Assembly: GCA_022813965.1 (NCBI GenBank)
Contig: JALDZS010000196.1
Coordinates: 1-42,520 of the forward strand
Length of the DNA: 42,520 bases
Direction: 5' to 3'
DNA from: Toensbergia leucococca
Lineage: Eukaryota
Made by a program: the position numbers and the translations under genes. Positions 22,298-35,250 of the stretch are shown one piece after another. Below the pieces are notes generated by a model. The model did no database searches and was not told the DNA's origin. It saw only the letters and a program-made list of their open reading frames with translations. Positions within the stretch are counted from its first letter, which is position 1, and every line of letters starts with the position of its first letter.

Positions 22298-23572
22298 CTA
22301 TCCCGGTGTAAAACTCAAGCCTTCCATTCGCCTTGTAAGAGTAGGACTGTTTTCCTCCGCCTCAATCCCGACTTCTATTTCCATCTTGGGCCTGTTCTTA
22401 TTCAGCCCCTCGAGTAGCAGGCATGCTTTGCAGATTTCTTGGCTGGAGAGGTAGCCGCAGCGGGCGCACTGGCCCATTTTCTGCTGGGGCAGCTTTTTGG
22501 GCTTCCGGGCTGTGGGAGTTTTGGTTTTGTTGTGCCTTTGACCGGCGGCTTGCTGATTTGTGAGATCTGTTTCGCTGGAGGTGGAAGTGCTATTTTGTCG
22601 AGGGGCGCGTTCCATGGCGGCCATTTCGCCGCCGCTGGTTCGGCCGTTGGCGCTGCCGCAGCCTCCTGCTCCTTCCTCTTCACCTTCTATGACAAGGACT
22701 TCTTTTGCGGGACCGCTTGTACAATTACTACTTCCACTCACTTCTTCCGGGACCAGTCTAGCCATGTCTTCTCCGCTCCGCACAATGTCTAATATCGAAC
22801 TCGGTCTCACTCTTTCGAGACTCTTGATCAAGGTCCTCGCACTTCCTCTAAAGGCTTCCGGGCTATAGATGCATTCGGTGCTGAAGTAATCCAATTTCTT
22901 GTGGTGAGCATACAGCACTATCTCTTTCTCGTAGGCATATTTCAACGGCTTGCTCCTCTTGATCTCGCTCGCCGCACTCGCCGTCACAATGCTCGTCGCT
23001 CTAGCCAGTCTAGGCAGATCGCCTCGCAACAGATTCATCATCACGGTCTCTGCTATATCATCGGCGTTGTGGCCTGTCACGACGTGCTTGATGCCCAGAC
23101 GAGCGGCACCTCGATCGAGAGCTTGGCGGCGGAAGACACCGCAGTAGGTGCAGTTCCCTTTCTTGCCTACCTGGTCTACAACTTGGTCCATGGTCCAGCC
23201 ATAGAGTTCGTCGTAGCCCACTATCTCCAACGGCATAGCGTATTGTACAGCGTTGCGCTTGACAGTCTCTAGGCTATCGTCCCTGTAGCCTTTGATTCCT
23301 TCATCGATGGAGAGCAAGACAAGGTTCAAGCGGTAGTTGTAGCGGTCATTGAGGGTCTTCAGGACCGAGGCAAGCACGGTGGAGTCCTTGCCACCCGAGG
23401 CTCCGATGGCTATTCGTTCACCGGGGTGGAAGAGAGAATTGGCTATGATGGTATTGTGGATTTCTGTCTCGAAGAGGTCGATGAAGCAGGTCTTGCAGAG
23501 CTTTTGATGATTCTTGGGGCGGATGATCAGAGCTCGAGATGTTTGGCAGAGAGCACAGAGGGTGGGAGGCAT
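22298..23572 (-). CDS. NCS6: Cytoplasmic tRNA 2-thiolation protein 1
   Basis: N-terminal CxxC pairs, PP-loop [42 protein letters not shown], and C-terminal CARCGY...CKAC. Confidence 0.97.
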   Translation of the reverse strand: MPPTLCALCQTSRALIIRPKNHQKLCKTCFIDLFETEIHNTIIANSLFHPGERIAIGASGGKDSTVLASVLKTLNDRYNYRLNLVLLSIDEGIKGYRDDSLETVKRNAVQYAMPLEIVGYDELYGWTMDQVVDQVGKKGNCTYCGVFRRQALDRGAARLGIKHVVTGHNADDIAETVMMNLLRGDLPRLARATSIVTASAASEIKRSKPLKYAYEKEIVLYAHHKKLDYFSTECIYSPEAFRGSARTLIKSLERVRPSSILDIVRSGEDMARLVPEEVSGSSNCTSGPAKEVLVIEGEEEGAGGCGSANGRTSGGEMAAMERAPRQNSTSTSSETDLTNQQAAGQRHNKTKTPTARKPKKLPQQKMGQCARCGYLSSQEICKACLLLEGLNKNRPKMEIEVGIEAEENSPTLTRRMEGLSFTPG

Positions 23573-26500
23573 GGTGTTAGAGTATTGAATGGGTTTGTTA
23601 CTAGAGTACCATACTCACAGTGGGTAGTAGGTATCTCGATGTAAATAGCACTTTGCTTTTTATAGGTTCAATTTATTCTAAATGTGCGGCCGAGGCATCG
23701 TCACTCTCGCTTTACAGGACAGCAGCTTTTATTCCTATGAGTACATGGTCCTCTCCACCACCACGACAAGTAATCCGACATTGGAAATTCAGGATTTTGA
23801 CTGAAGCATGCTCAGTGTATTCTCAGTGTCTCCTGTCGTTGAAATCTCATCGACGTCAGTAACATGTTCTGGAAATGCTGCTGGCATTCCTTGGAGAAGA
23901 GAAGAGAGGAGATACAAACTTCTCCTTGTAGCCAGAGTGGAAATCTGACATTATTCTACTACGAGCTTGTTTGAACCTACTGTTACGCAATCCTGCTTGA
24001 TCTCAGTCACTTTCCATTCCTTTTGCTCATTTGAGATTCTGTATCTTCTTTCACCACTCCTCACATCGACAGTTTTACTCGTCGAGATTCAATGTACACC
24101 ATCCAATTACATCCCAGACTATGAACTCTACTTCACAATGGCGGTGTTTACAGGGTCTCTCTGTTGCACTCGAATCCTGGACATTGTCTCAGGCTTTGAT
24201 CCTAGCATATTGAACTTCTCAATGCAGCTTCCAGTACACAGTTGCAGTTCACTTGCCCTGAGAAGAAATACTCGCACGTCACAAATTTGTTTTTGCATTA
24301 TATTATGCTGCTGAAGGCAAATACACATTCAAATCTGTCAAGAGCGCATGAAAGCCATATGGCAATACATCTCTCAATAGAGTACCATTGACTATGCTTG
24401 CACTCCCCAGCAAATGACAAACGTTGATGCATATCGATCAATAACCATAGGTCGCGGATCCACAGCTTGCCACATGTTCGATCAGTACCTCAATGCATCA
24501 ATTCTGCACAATCGAGTCCATCTTGAATCTAGATCTAAAGGTCCAAGCTTGTGCATTTAAGACAGTACATCCTGAAACCATAGCCGTTTCCCTTACACAA
24601 AGCTTTACCGTTGCGTCACTTGTTTTCGGCGTCATGTTGAAGTTTGCACATTTTTCTTTGGTTCGCAAGTCACTACTGCTCTTCGAGAGACGCAGCCTGA
24701 CCAAAGACCACGTCTTCCTGTTCCGCCGGGATCTGTCAACTGCATATCACTCTTGACTCTTGATATTCTTGATTCCGATTTGGTAAGTTGGGATCGGAAA
24801 CGGAATTCCACCGGGCAGCGAAGCCCAGGTATCTATCTATAGCCATTTTTCGGAAGTACCCGTCGCAGGAGAATGCATTGCCGTCGCATGGCGATATGTG
24901 TCCAGAGTGGGAGACCTGAAAAACGGCTATACGCATAAGTTCAATAGCCACAGTCTCGAGCACAATTTACTTCATCATCGGATGGCCAGAAAGCGAGGAG
25001 TTACCTCGAATAGTACCCTAGAGTCTCCGCCCGAAAAGTTCAAGCTACTTACTCCATTCCAACAATTTGTACCAAGAAAAAAGGGATTCTACTAGGATGC
25101 TTGCAGTAGTAATTGCAAATCTTTACCATCCTGGAAACAGAGAGGCACCTTGCAGGGGAGAAGCATTATGGACTGCCTAAGCGTGGCTCTGAACCACATG
25201 GTGAAATGAAACCTGCCATCGATAAAACAAGGAATGCCATGGGTCCATTCAAGTATTCCACGGGTCGTCAATAACGGCCCTGACCCGTTCGTCCATTGCT
25301 GAGCCTAAAAAGTTGAGCAATGAACCCTTTGAATGCTCGGTTATAGAGTTGGGCGGGATAAAGTCACAGTCCACGACGATTAGGGAGTTTAGTAGTCTGA
25401 ATCTGCGGCAGTGAGACCACGCGTCGCGATCCGCGAACGGCTTTCACAAATATGCCGGTAGAATACTAAGCGATTTATGGGGAACCCCAGCTTTACTACT
25501 TCCCTTTTTGCGGATTGGTGTATCGGCACTGAAATCGTAGGATAATTAGAGCTTGCCGACAGATGTCAAATATGTGTTACCTAGGGTCAGAGAGCTGTCA
25601 GGAGGTGCTTAGTTGACGACTGACAGGGGCAAGAGTCTCGATCCGGCCACAGACCAAGGTTGCCAACGATTAGCTTGACTGCGAGTTAGTTGGTGGCTCT
25701 GGGACGGGACTTACGACTTACCTAATAGAATAATAGAATAACGCAACAGGCGTGAGCAGATCTGGGCTTGCGATCTGCATGCCTCTAGAACGAAGTCCTG
25801 GCAAATGGCAGCATGAAAAGATCTTGACCGTTGTGCCTGTGCTGAGTACTGCCTGAGTCAATCTTACATGACTCGGTAAGATGTTGGTAATCGACTACTG
25901 CGAGATTCCCACAGTGCCACGATCATGAGGTGTTCAAGCCTGAGCACAATGACCTCAGGGCAACACACTTTTCTGTCGGAAAGCACTTCCGTGATGGATG
26001 GCTTGTCTTGGTGTCTGTCGGCGGGGAGCCATTCAAATAGCATGACACGAATTGGCCGACGGTCGCGTGGTCTCCAGGAATAAGGGTCCCGGGAAGTGAA
26101 AGCGCAGGCAACGGTCGGCGGTCGCAGGAAGTTGTGAAACAAAGGTTTGGTAGTATTGATACATCCCCACGACTCATAGTGAAGGGAGAGGGAGAGAAGT
26201 ACGCGAAGCCCCTTTGTACTAATAGAATAGGAGGTCCCGTCGAGGCACGATGAGACGATGGGACGATGGGGACGATGGGGCTCCACGGCCCGCTAAAATC
26301 GCGATCGAGACGCAACTCGGTTAAAAGATGGAGTAAAGAGTGGTGTAGAGCTGATGCAGGTTCGTCACACTTCGCCGGTACGTAAGGAGGTAAGGTAATA
26401 GCCTCTATACCAGCACCCCTCATCTTCCGAATATTGGCAAAGCAGCAGTCATGATACATACTATTGCTGTCAAGCCGCAGTGGGCTCTTTTCGATTTGCA

Positions 26501-28131
26501 TCAAGTCCTCCTATCATCTATCGACATTGCTGATGAACGGGTCGTGCCTGCTGCACACACGATGAGGACCTTTGGCTTAGGTTGTTGATAAACTTGGTAT
26601 TGCCGCAGGAGGAGCTGGGGTAGGCGACAGGCTACTCGAGGGCAGCATGCTCGGGGCTTCGTGACCCACATCTCCGTGGATGGGAAAGTGCCGACTCAGG
26701 CACATTGTACATGGTTCATATTACAGTAGCATACAAGGTCGGAATAGCTACTGTCTGGGCCTACAAGCTGCTTGATGGTGTGTGATATTAGCTGGGTGCG
26801 TGTAACGTGAGAGTCGTGAGGGTAGTGAGGGCAGTGAGGGCAGTGATCTGGTTTGACCCGCTCCCCTCCTTCTTGGACGAGCTAGAAGTCCGGGAGGCAT
26901 CTTAGGGGAAAACCTTACCCGCCGGATAGTCTAAGCTAGTGCCACGATCGTCACTTTCCTGGACCACTAAGCCGGATAGAGACCCCCTGTGAAATTGGCA
27001 TCGCTCAAGGAAGCGAAGACGAGAAGTAGCCTACCTTACTCTACCTCCCTATTCTAGTAGGCACCTTAGCTCCTTGGAGACCTGTAGGTATGGCAATCGG
27101 CCAGTGTCAGAGAGCGACAGATGCAGATGACTATGAGATGGTTAAAGAGAGACAGGAGCTGCATGTATACATACAATATGTAGAGTTTTATGTACGAGTC
27201 CTGCGTGTCCGAGTCCATCTCGACCACACCCTCTGTTGCCTTCCGCATTGACCAAGTTCTCTCGAGTCGACTGTGGTACAAGTATTCTATCCGTCTATTC
27301 TGTTCGTAGAATACCGTGTGCGTGTCTCGTGTTTCTCCATACGGATAATTCTACCGTACCTACCTAAGGATACCCTGCCTAATCCTCGTCTTTTGGCTTT
27401 CCCACTTGGACTTGCTAGGTAGCTTCTGGCTACCGCATTCATAATATACATCACGATACGGATACCTTCAGTTGTTATTTATCTTGTCAGTTATTTGTTG
27501 TACTCAATCATTTCCCATTATTCTACTCCAAATTGGATGTTCGATATTCGTTAATCGATCCTCGATACTCGACAATTCGATCCTCGATACTCGAGCTGAC
27601 CCTGCCCCATCTCTGCCTCATCTTGCCTTTACTTTTCTGAGCCATCGATGGTACCGTCTATCGATTATCGTCTCGCTTGGACAGTGGACAACGCCAATTC
27701 TGCACCTTCTCCTACCATCCTAGTTTCACCACGGCCATTCAAGGCCACCCAATCCCCATCCTGGCCGCCATGCTCCCATCTCATGCGTGCGCATAATTCG
27801 TCGGTACTTCTGCCTTCATCGCTCGCTGCACCATAACGGATTGACAGCTTTCTCTACATAATATACTGGGATCTTTGCCTGCACGCTATCTGTCATCCGA
27901 CATAGCTGGGCATGCAATTACCCGCTCTCTGTGTCACCTACTTCATCAGCGATCACCCTCCATTAATTGCAAAGCCAATCCCACAACGATTGGTATACCT
28001 TCTTCATACTCGACTTCGCTCCGATACATTACCACTTGGCCCCGAATCCCTCCACCCGTACACTTCGTCACTCCAACTATCTTTACCCGCGCACAACCGC
28101 CTAATTACACCGCCGTTGGATAACAATTTCG

Positions 28132-29698
28132 ATGGATCCAACACCAAAGTCACCAGTCTTTGTAAGAAGTGATGAGAATGATGGCACTGGTCGTCGGGCC
28201 TGGCGTTGTCCATTTGAATTACCACAATGCATGAAGGTAAAGTCTTTCTCCCCGTTCCCTTCTTGTTATCAACAGCAATTGACCCATCCTACTCCAGCAT
28301 TTCAACCGCAAGTCCGATCTACAAAGGCATCATCGCATACACATGAACGACCGCCCGTATCAATGCAAATTCACCACCTGCCAAAAGTCTTTTATTCAGC
28401 GAAGTGCCCTGACCGTCCACATTCGGACTCACACGGGAGAAAAGCCACACCATTGCGAAATACCTGGTTGTGGAAAGAGTTTCTCTGATGTATAGCTCTT
28501 CACTCAATTCCACCTACAGTGCGCACAAAGCTGACAGTACCGGTAGTCTTCGAGTCTTGCGAGACACCGTCGCATACATTCAGGCAAGAGGCCTTACAAT
28601 TGTCCCCATGGTGGCTGCAAAAAGAGGCATGTCATCTGCTCATGGGTATATATCATGAGACATCCCTTGTCTAACAGCCTTTGTAGCTTTTGCCGGAAGA
28701 CAACCCTCACCAAACATATCACTCGGTATCACAAGAGCGATAGGGACGACCCTTGCACCGATGGCGATGAGTCTAGTGTGGAGAGTGAGAGCGAGGAGTC
28801 GGAAACAGCGGCACAATCCATGATGGATTTGTCCATGTTCCAACCTGCACCACGTCTCTCGGGACCGACTTCGGCTCCTTATGCTAATGGAGATCTTTGG
28901 CCTTTGCCTGGCGAACCATTGGTTTCCTTTCATGCTGCTGCTGCTACGCAACGCTTTCCGCCGAACAGTGTGACACAATTGCAGAGTAATGGAGTGACAT
29001 CAATGCCGCACGAACTTGTTATGAGACAGGAGATACAATATCCGGTTAGGGAAGCAAGTGTCGAAATGAGCGCTCAAACGTCTATGCCACCAGAGTACTA
29101 TTATATGTACCATACTCAGAACCACCCAAGACTTGAGCTTACAACAACATCAACGCCAGACAACGGAATCATCCATCATATTCAGAGTCACCCAAGACCT
29201 GAGTCGATGACGCCATCAACACCAGACATGGCCGGCCTAACATTGCAAAGCAGTCCGGCAAGCTTGTCCAAGCCGCCCTTGGAGACGGTCAACGCTGCAC
29301 CACAGCAATACTTCTTTGGTCCCGAGTATCCCGATCAAACCTATCAAACTCATGAGATACAAGTTCCACATGATACCACTGCCCATTATCCCGCCTACAC
29401 CCAGGATATCATTGTCGAAGATCTCGGTCAAGTACCCTATAATTTGTCGGAGGCTCCGATCCAAGAAATCCGCTATCAGTCTGCTCCAATGCCAACGTTA
29501 CAACAGCGACAACAACAAGGAATCATACCATCACCCATGGCGTATCCAATTCTTTCTCCATACCAGATGACGGGATATCCTGTTGACCAAGGGCTTAGCA
29601 ACTGGGAAGATGCGTGGAAAAAAGCGGAAGCGGCAGAAGAAGCACAACAGGGCTTTCCTTTGCCAAGTGCACGACTTGGTGACGCCTTCTCGCGATGA
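28132..29698 (+). CDS. C2H2 zinc-finger transcription factor (four fingers plus P/Q/S-rich tail), 4 exons
   Basis: Exons 28132-28236, 28298-28489, 28547-28626 and 28687-29698 give [66 protein letters not shown] and [19 protein letters not shown]. Introns have CTGAC/CTAAC-like branch sites. Confidence 0.92.
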
Positions 29699-30960
29699 AT
29701 GACATGACATTCAAGTCCCGTTTACTCACCAGCGCTATGGCTTTTTGACAAAGTCACACCCTCGGACTGTTGTAATGGCAAACGCTAGCAGCAATCTACC
29801 ACATCAAGTGAGGTGGAGACATCCGAGTTCCCAGCGCCACACTGTCACGGTAATTATGGTAGGACATCTTGATTATTTGTCAACATGTGCGATTTTCGAG
29901 CATGTATGGATTAGTGTGGCAGGCTTTCTCTTTATGCTCTTTCCGCGTACTTTGGCAAAATGAGCCATCCTGTCACGAAGTTCTCTGTAGGTTGCATTTT
30001 CCTCCAGCATGGCGCTCCCGAGTTCACAAAAGTGGGGATCAGGTTCTTCTGTTTTTTTATCCCCGCCGGAGGCGTCTCATTCGGGGTTTTGGTCTGCCAG
30101 GTCGATGTGCATTTCGGTTTGGTTATAAAAGTATGGATGGATGAAGATGACTTTATTGCGTTGAGACGTTTTTGGACGCATTGAAGTCGTCATTTGCACC
30201 AGGTCAAGGCGTTATCATTGGGCTTTATAGTCTGCAATATCGGTGTTTTTCTATATATGTTTGTGGCTAGCATATTGTCTCCTGGACGTTGGGATTTATT
30301 TTTTTATTTTCTTATTTTTTTTATTTTTATTTGGATTTGGATTGATACGTGTTACTTATGTCCTCTTTTGAAATTCGTATCCCGATTTAGCTTAGACCAA
30401 AGAAATATGGGGATTGATGTTTCTACTACAACGTTTTTCCACACCCCCCGTTTGACATCTAACGGGGCTTCTGTTCTGTTGCATGCAAAGAATCGGAAAA
30501 AGTATATCTTGGGCTTTTGAAGATTAGATCCAGGCCCCCCCCTCCCCCCAAAACGGCGTGGTGTTGTGCAGCAAACAGATTCGGGCGATGGCTGTGTCTG
30601 CTATCCATCTACCCATCGTGCCATCTCCGCATCCCTAGGGATTCCTATCCAACCCCTCACATCTCAAAAAACGGCCCCCCCTTTTTTTCTAAATTTTTTG
30701 TATCTGGACTAAGTCTGGTTGAGGAATGCGGTGCTGTGTTATGTTATGGAGTGTGAGGTGAGTGAGTGAGGTGAGTGAGGTGAGTGATATGAGAGAGTGA
30801 GAGTGAGCGCAGGTTCACACTGGGAGAAATATGCCAGGGGTGTTCGCATGCCTGTTTTCGTTTGTCCTTTTTGGCCCCGTTTTTCGGGATTGGCTGGCTG
30901 GATCAGTGGCTGGGTTGTGAATATCCTCCTCCTCCTCCTTCTCACCCTCTACCTCCCCCC

Positions 30961-31025
30961 CTTCACCTTCACCTCCACCTTCACCTCCACCTTCACCTCC
31001 ACCTTCACCTCCACCTTCACCTCCA
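30961..31025. repeat. Microsatellite of alternating CACCTT/CACCTC hexamers
   Basis: CTTCACCTTCACCTCCACCTTCACCTCC... about 10-11 hexamer units; GTGA-type repeats nearby at about 30750-30806. Confidence 0.9.
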
Positions 31026-32749
31026 TTTGGATCCCCCCCGCCTCGCTTTCTATCATGCACTTCCCTCACTTTCAATTCCGCCCTTTCACTCACTTCCACC
31101 ACGCCCCCTTTCTCCTTCATAGCACAACCCCCATTCTCTCATGCCTCCACCCACCCAACACCCCCCCGGCCCCCCTTTCTCCTCCTAGCATATCCTCCGC
31201 ATTTGCGGGATGTCATGCCCCTCACTGACTTATTCATAATTTTTATAAGTTTAAAGAGCAGAGGCGAGATGCCTCATGTGAATGAAGTATTGATTTTGAC
31301 TTTCAAGTGGGGTCTTGGGATGGGTTTAGGGGTGGAGTTTTTGGGAGGGGGTTAGTCTTACAAGATAAACCACCCGCAGTGAGAGGGAGAGAGGGAGAGA
31401 GAGCTCTTGAAGCACATCAATCGGTGTCAGTGGTTACGCTTGTCTCTATTCTGGGTACTGTAAGAGATGGGCTTTTTGGAGGCTGGAAAGGGGGAGGAGC
31501 GTGGGGGGAGGGTTAACGGGGTTTTGGGCGGAGGGAGGAGGGAGGAGGTGTTTGGTGTGGTTTTTTTTGGGTGGGATGGATTTGTTCGGATGGGAATGAT
31601 TGGGTGCGTTGCTGTGAGATGAGGTGGTTTTGTGTGTTATAGGTATGGTTTTTTGTGGGTATGGTTTTTGAATCTTGGTGGTTTTGGTCTTGGGTTGAGC
31701 GTGATCGGGGTCCGTGTTTGGGTATTGTTGTTGGATATACTTGTACGAGCGCTAGAATGCGGAGGAAAGGATCGGGGGTTTTTGTGGAGTTTAGGTTGGT
31801 ATGATCACGGTGTCGTGATCTTGAAATGCATTGAGGAATGGATCATAAGTATCAAGGAAATATTCGCTGTATTACTTTTTCTTGTAGAATACAGAGATCT
31901 CCGAAACCCCCTCATGACCTATTTCCTTGGTTCAGAAAAGAGATACTCGGGAAGCAGACAAAAGTATGAAAGGAGTTTCGATCATGTCAGTGGGTACTGC
32001 ATATCGCATTCCAGAAGCACAACAAGAGGAGGAAAAGAGAATCAATCAAGGTGTCTCCTACGTGACTGGCCGAGTCTTTCGTTTTCAAGGGGGTTATTAA
32101 ATCGAACTCAGCCGGGAACGAGGATTCAGTTTGTCAAGATACGGGGAAAGACATGTACAATGTCCGCTTGATTGAGGAGCCTCACCCTGTACGGTTGATA
32201 ATGCTATGACAGTTAAGGATCATAAGCTCCACGTGTTGGAGAGACGAGATAAGAGCCTCAAGACACTTCAGAGGGGGGGATATATGCTTTGAAGCGGTGT
32301 GACGTGTACGGCGAATCTTCCTATGAAGGCTTGTGACCTGTGCGCTCTGAGCATCTTAGTGAACGTGACTGGTTTTGAGAGTGATGCATTTCCATGAGTT
32401 TGAAAGTGCAATTCTTGCGGAGATGGAAGTGTAGTTATTTGTGGGGCTGTGAATGAGGTTGAGAACGTGTGGTCAGTCTGGTTGAATTGGTATTCATTCT
32501 TGGATTGAACATGAAAGTGAAGGGGTCGGTAAGTAGGTAATGAGTAGGTAGGTGCGATGGTTGGCGGACTGGCAGGAAGGCAGGCCAATAGGTGGGCAGA
32601 TCAGTGCGTGAATGATGATACAGATTGTATAACCTATAGACCTGAAATCGTTGAACTGGCTCAAAGCAAAGATGTACCCTGTTGAGTCACCTTTAGCTCC
32701 TGCAGCATTTATGTTCGAGATTTGGGGACAGGAATCTTACTAAGGCATA

Positions 32750-33544
32750 TTAAAGTTCCCAGATGACCTGCCGAGAATGCACATAAGTGTGACTCGCATT
32801 GAAGTGTCTCATGAATGCTGCATCAGTTCCGTGATCAACATCGCGCTTGACGCAAGAGGGAAAGGGACAGAAACGGTGGCTATGTCTATCCAAGTGAGTG
32901 TTCCAAGAAGTAAAACACCGCCTGTGATCTCGACAGAAGTTGGGATATGCCGTATAATGTGCTTCACGCTGGTCTTTGCTCTGGAATTTCGTCCCGCAAT
33001 ACGCGCACTCGAATACTGTCTGCGGCATCACTTCGTTTACGCGACTGACTTGACGGTTGCTCGCGACCGCAAAGTTCCCGCTACCTGATCTGTCGTTTTT
33101 GACATGGTTGAGGTGTCGCACTCGTTGTCTACTGTCGTTGACATGGTTGAGATGTCCTATTCCTTGTCTGTCGTCATTGACATGGTCGAGGTGTCGCACT
33201 CCTCGTCCGTCGTCGTTGACATGGTTGAGGTGTCGCACTCCTCGTCCATTGTTATTGACATGGTTGAGATGTCCCACTCCTCCTTGTCTATTGTCCTTGA
33301 CACGGTTGAGATGTCCCACTCCTTGTCTCTTGTCGTTGGTGAAGTTGATGTGTCCGCCACCCTTGTTGCGTACCACGATATTGCGTTCCGACCACATTGC
33401 ATCTTCATGAGGAAGCGTCACATCACCCTCTTCACAATTGTCGATCAGTAGCCATGGCCGGCTGCCGCCGATCTGTTTTAGGAAATTTATTTCGGAGTCG
33501 GAGTTGGTGTTCCTCCTGGCTTGGCTATTGCGACGTAATGCCAT
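32750..33544 (-). CDS. Hypothetical protein with His/Asn-rich 13-aa tandem repeats and C-terminal C2H2-like zinc fingers, about 264 aa
   Basis: First ATG at 33544 (MALRRNSQ). Repeats GVRHLNHVNDDGR; C-terminal FECAYCGTKF...AH, CRDHRRCF...H...H and CPFPSC...FMRHFNASH. Confidence 0.75.
   Translation of the reverse strand: MALRRNSQARRNTNSDSEINFLKQIGGSRPWLLIDNCEEGDVTLPHEDAMWSERNIVVRNKGGGHINFTNDKRQGVGHLNRVKDNRQGGVGHLNHVNNNGRGVRHLNHVNDDGRGVRHLDHVNDDRQGIGHLNHVNDSRQRVRHLNHVKNDRSGSGNFAVASNRQVSRVNEVMPQTVFECAYCGTKFQSKDQREAHYTAYPNFCRDHRRCFTSWNTHLDRHSHRFCPFPSCVKRDVDHGTDAAFMRHFNASHTYVHSRQVIWEL
33101..33360. repeat. Coding minisatellite, 39-bp unit, six copies plus one degenerate copy
   Basis: GACATGGTTGAG-type units start at 33101, 33140, 33179, 33218, 33257 and 33299 (the unit at 33257 is 42 bp), with a diverged unit at 33338. 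Confidence 0.93.
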
Positions 33545-35250
33545 CTTGGTGTTGTTCTCGAGCTGATTGTTGGGTGAGCATAGGCGTTCCAAAAGAGAGA
33601 ATGAAAATGTCGAGGATGAGAGAAGAAGAAGAGGAAGAAGAAGGGTATGTTGGACTCCGTCTTCGGAAGCTGATATCTAGCTGCTTTAGCTTATCACAGG
33701 TTGAGGGGTGTTGAAATAGGCCAATGGTCTTGGAGTAAATGGTGAATGGATTGGAGACATGACAAAATGGCAGGGGTGTAGGAAGTTTGAAACGAATCTG
33801 CACATTCCCATCTATCAAGTCACACAATATGAAGGGCCATTGGACCCTTCTCTGAAATAGATGTTTGGTGGAGGCGGCCATCCGGAAGTGGCAATAGATC
33901 AGGTCTACCTCGATTAAGAGATAGAACTCCTTATATGTACCTCGTCAACTATCATGGTTGGTTCTATGAGGAGCTCGAGGTTAAGTCTGCTGTGGATAAT
34001 AGCGGCGGCATTAGCAGAGGAACCTAGCCGTGCAGTCTTGGGTAACCTTGAGACGGCTCAAGAAAACCTAGCAGGCTGACGTCGTTAGCATCTTGTGTCG
34101 CTAATTATGTGTCGCTCTTGACTCATGATTCCCAGTGCTAGATGTGGTCATTCTCTAAACCTTTTGAGAGGTGAGACAGCCCCTCGTTGTTCTTGTTCCC
34201 TTACTCGACAAAGCCGTTAGCTTCTTTGAGGGTCGGTGGTATGCGAAAACAAATCGGTGCCTCGTATGTAGACAAGGGTTTGCGCTAGGGCTTTTTCGTT
34301 GAAAGGCCGAAATTTGACCGTATCTATCAATCAGACTTACCATGGCTTTGTGGTGATTCAAGTATTCGTTGAGAGCTAGCGAAACAGACAGAAGGTGATA
34401 AAACTATTCCTCACCGGAACTTCTCCAGCACCACCCTCATCCACCTTCGGACCCGTCCGAAAAGAAATACAAAGCAAGATACGCATACATATACCGAGGT
34501 ACTTGTAATTGAAATCAACCATTTATGGAAATGGAAAAGGCTAAGTGCCATGTCCATAGAGATACCTTGCATCAAATGCCCCAATAGAAGGACAACGAGA
34601 TAGTGGGACTAAGAAAAAATGTGCAAAGAGATATGACTGTAAAGTGTTTGAGGCAGCCCCAGATGATCCACGTATAGTGAAGCAATTAATATAGCATCAA
34701 CGAGAGCTGAAGCTGAGCGGATTCCTTCAAGGCTTCAGCAACAGATTTCTGGGGTGAGTAGGTAGCTGAAGGACCTCTGAATTTTAAGCGGCAAAGATGC
34801 GGTGTCTGGACTCTCGTTCATCAAGCTACCCTTAGAGGCTTGTAATTCTCAAGACGTCAGTATTTAGTTTACAGTCCATAGATCAAGAAACCACACATTG
34901 AAACCTGATCGACGGAACAAAAGGCGTCGAGGGCGTTGATGTTGGAGTCGAGGAATTTCACGCTCTGATATTGTTCTAGCTGTATTGGGTTAGCATGCTC
35001 TGGTGTCGGCATCTGGGCGTCAATGCTACCTACCGAGCTACCGTCCCTCCTCCTACCCTTTTTCCAACCCCTCCATGTTGTCTAGACCCACTCTAGGCAT
35101 GATACTCTAGACCCTGCTTTCTTGCTCTAGACATCACACCATGACGTCGAAGGAGAGTCACTGGATAAGAATCTTAGACATGGATGGCTTTTCGCCCTTC
35201 TCGTCTGTTGCCTTACCTCAACTAAATCCTAGAACTACAAAATTCCCATC

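Noticed and set aside
24490..24920. Possible decayed secreted-protein gene (GICQLHITL...DLVSW-like fragments)
   Set aside because: Stops and frame changes, and the resemblance is too weak to support without BLASTX.
25864..26504. Overlapping 140-aa and 193-aa minus-strand ORFs
   Set aside because: Non-ATG track starts, no recognisable domain, and they include a GACGATGGG microrepeat; probably non-coding.
30739..32171. ORFs with HLHLHL, TFTSTF or GGGE repeats and the 179-aa ORF at 31632
   Set aside because: Translations of a hexamer microsatellite and skewed sequence; no domain or splice support.
33101..33360. CRISPR-like array
   Set aside because: Units are contiguous with no unique spacers, lie in a coding frame, and the context is eukaryotic with no cas genes.
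33057..33451. Antisense and alternative-frame repeat ORFs
   Set aside because: A 39-bp unit keeps several frames open; synonymous changes favour the minus-strand frame that continues into the zinc fingers.
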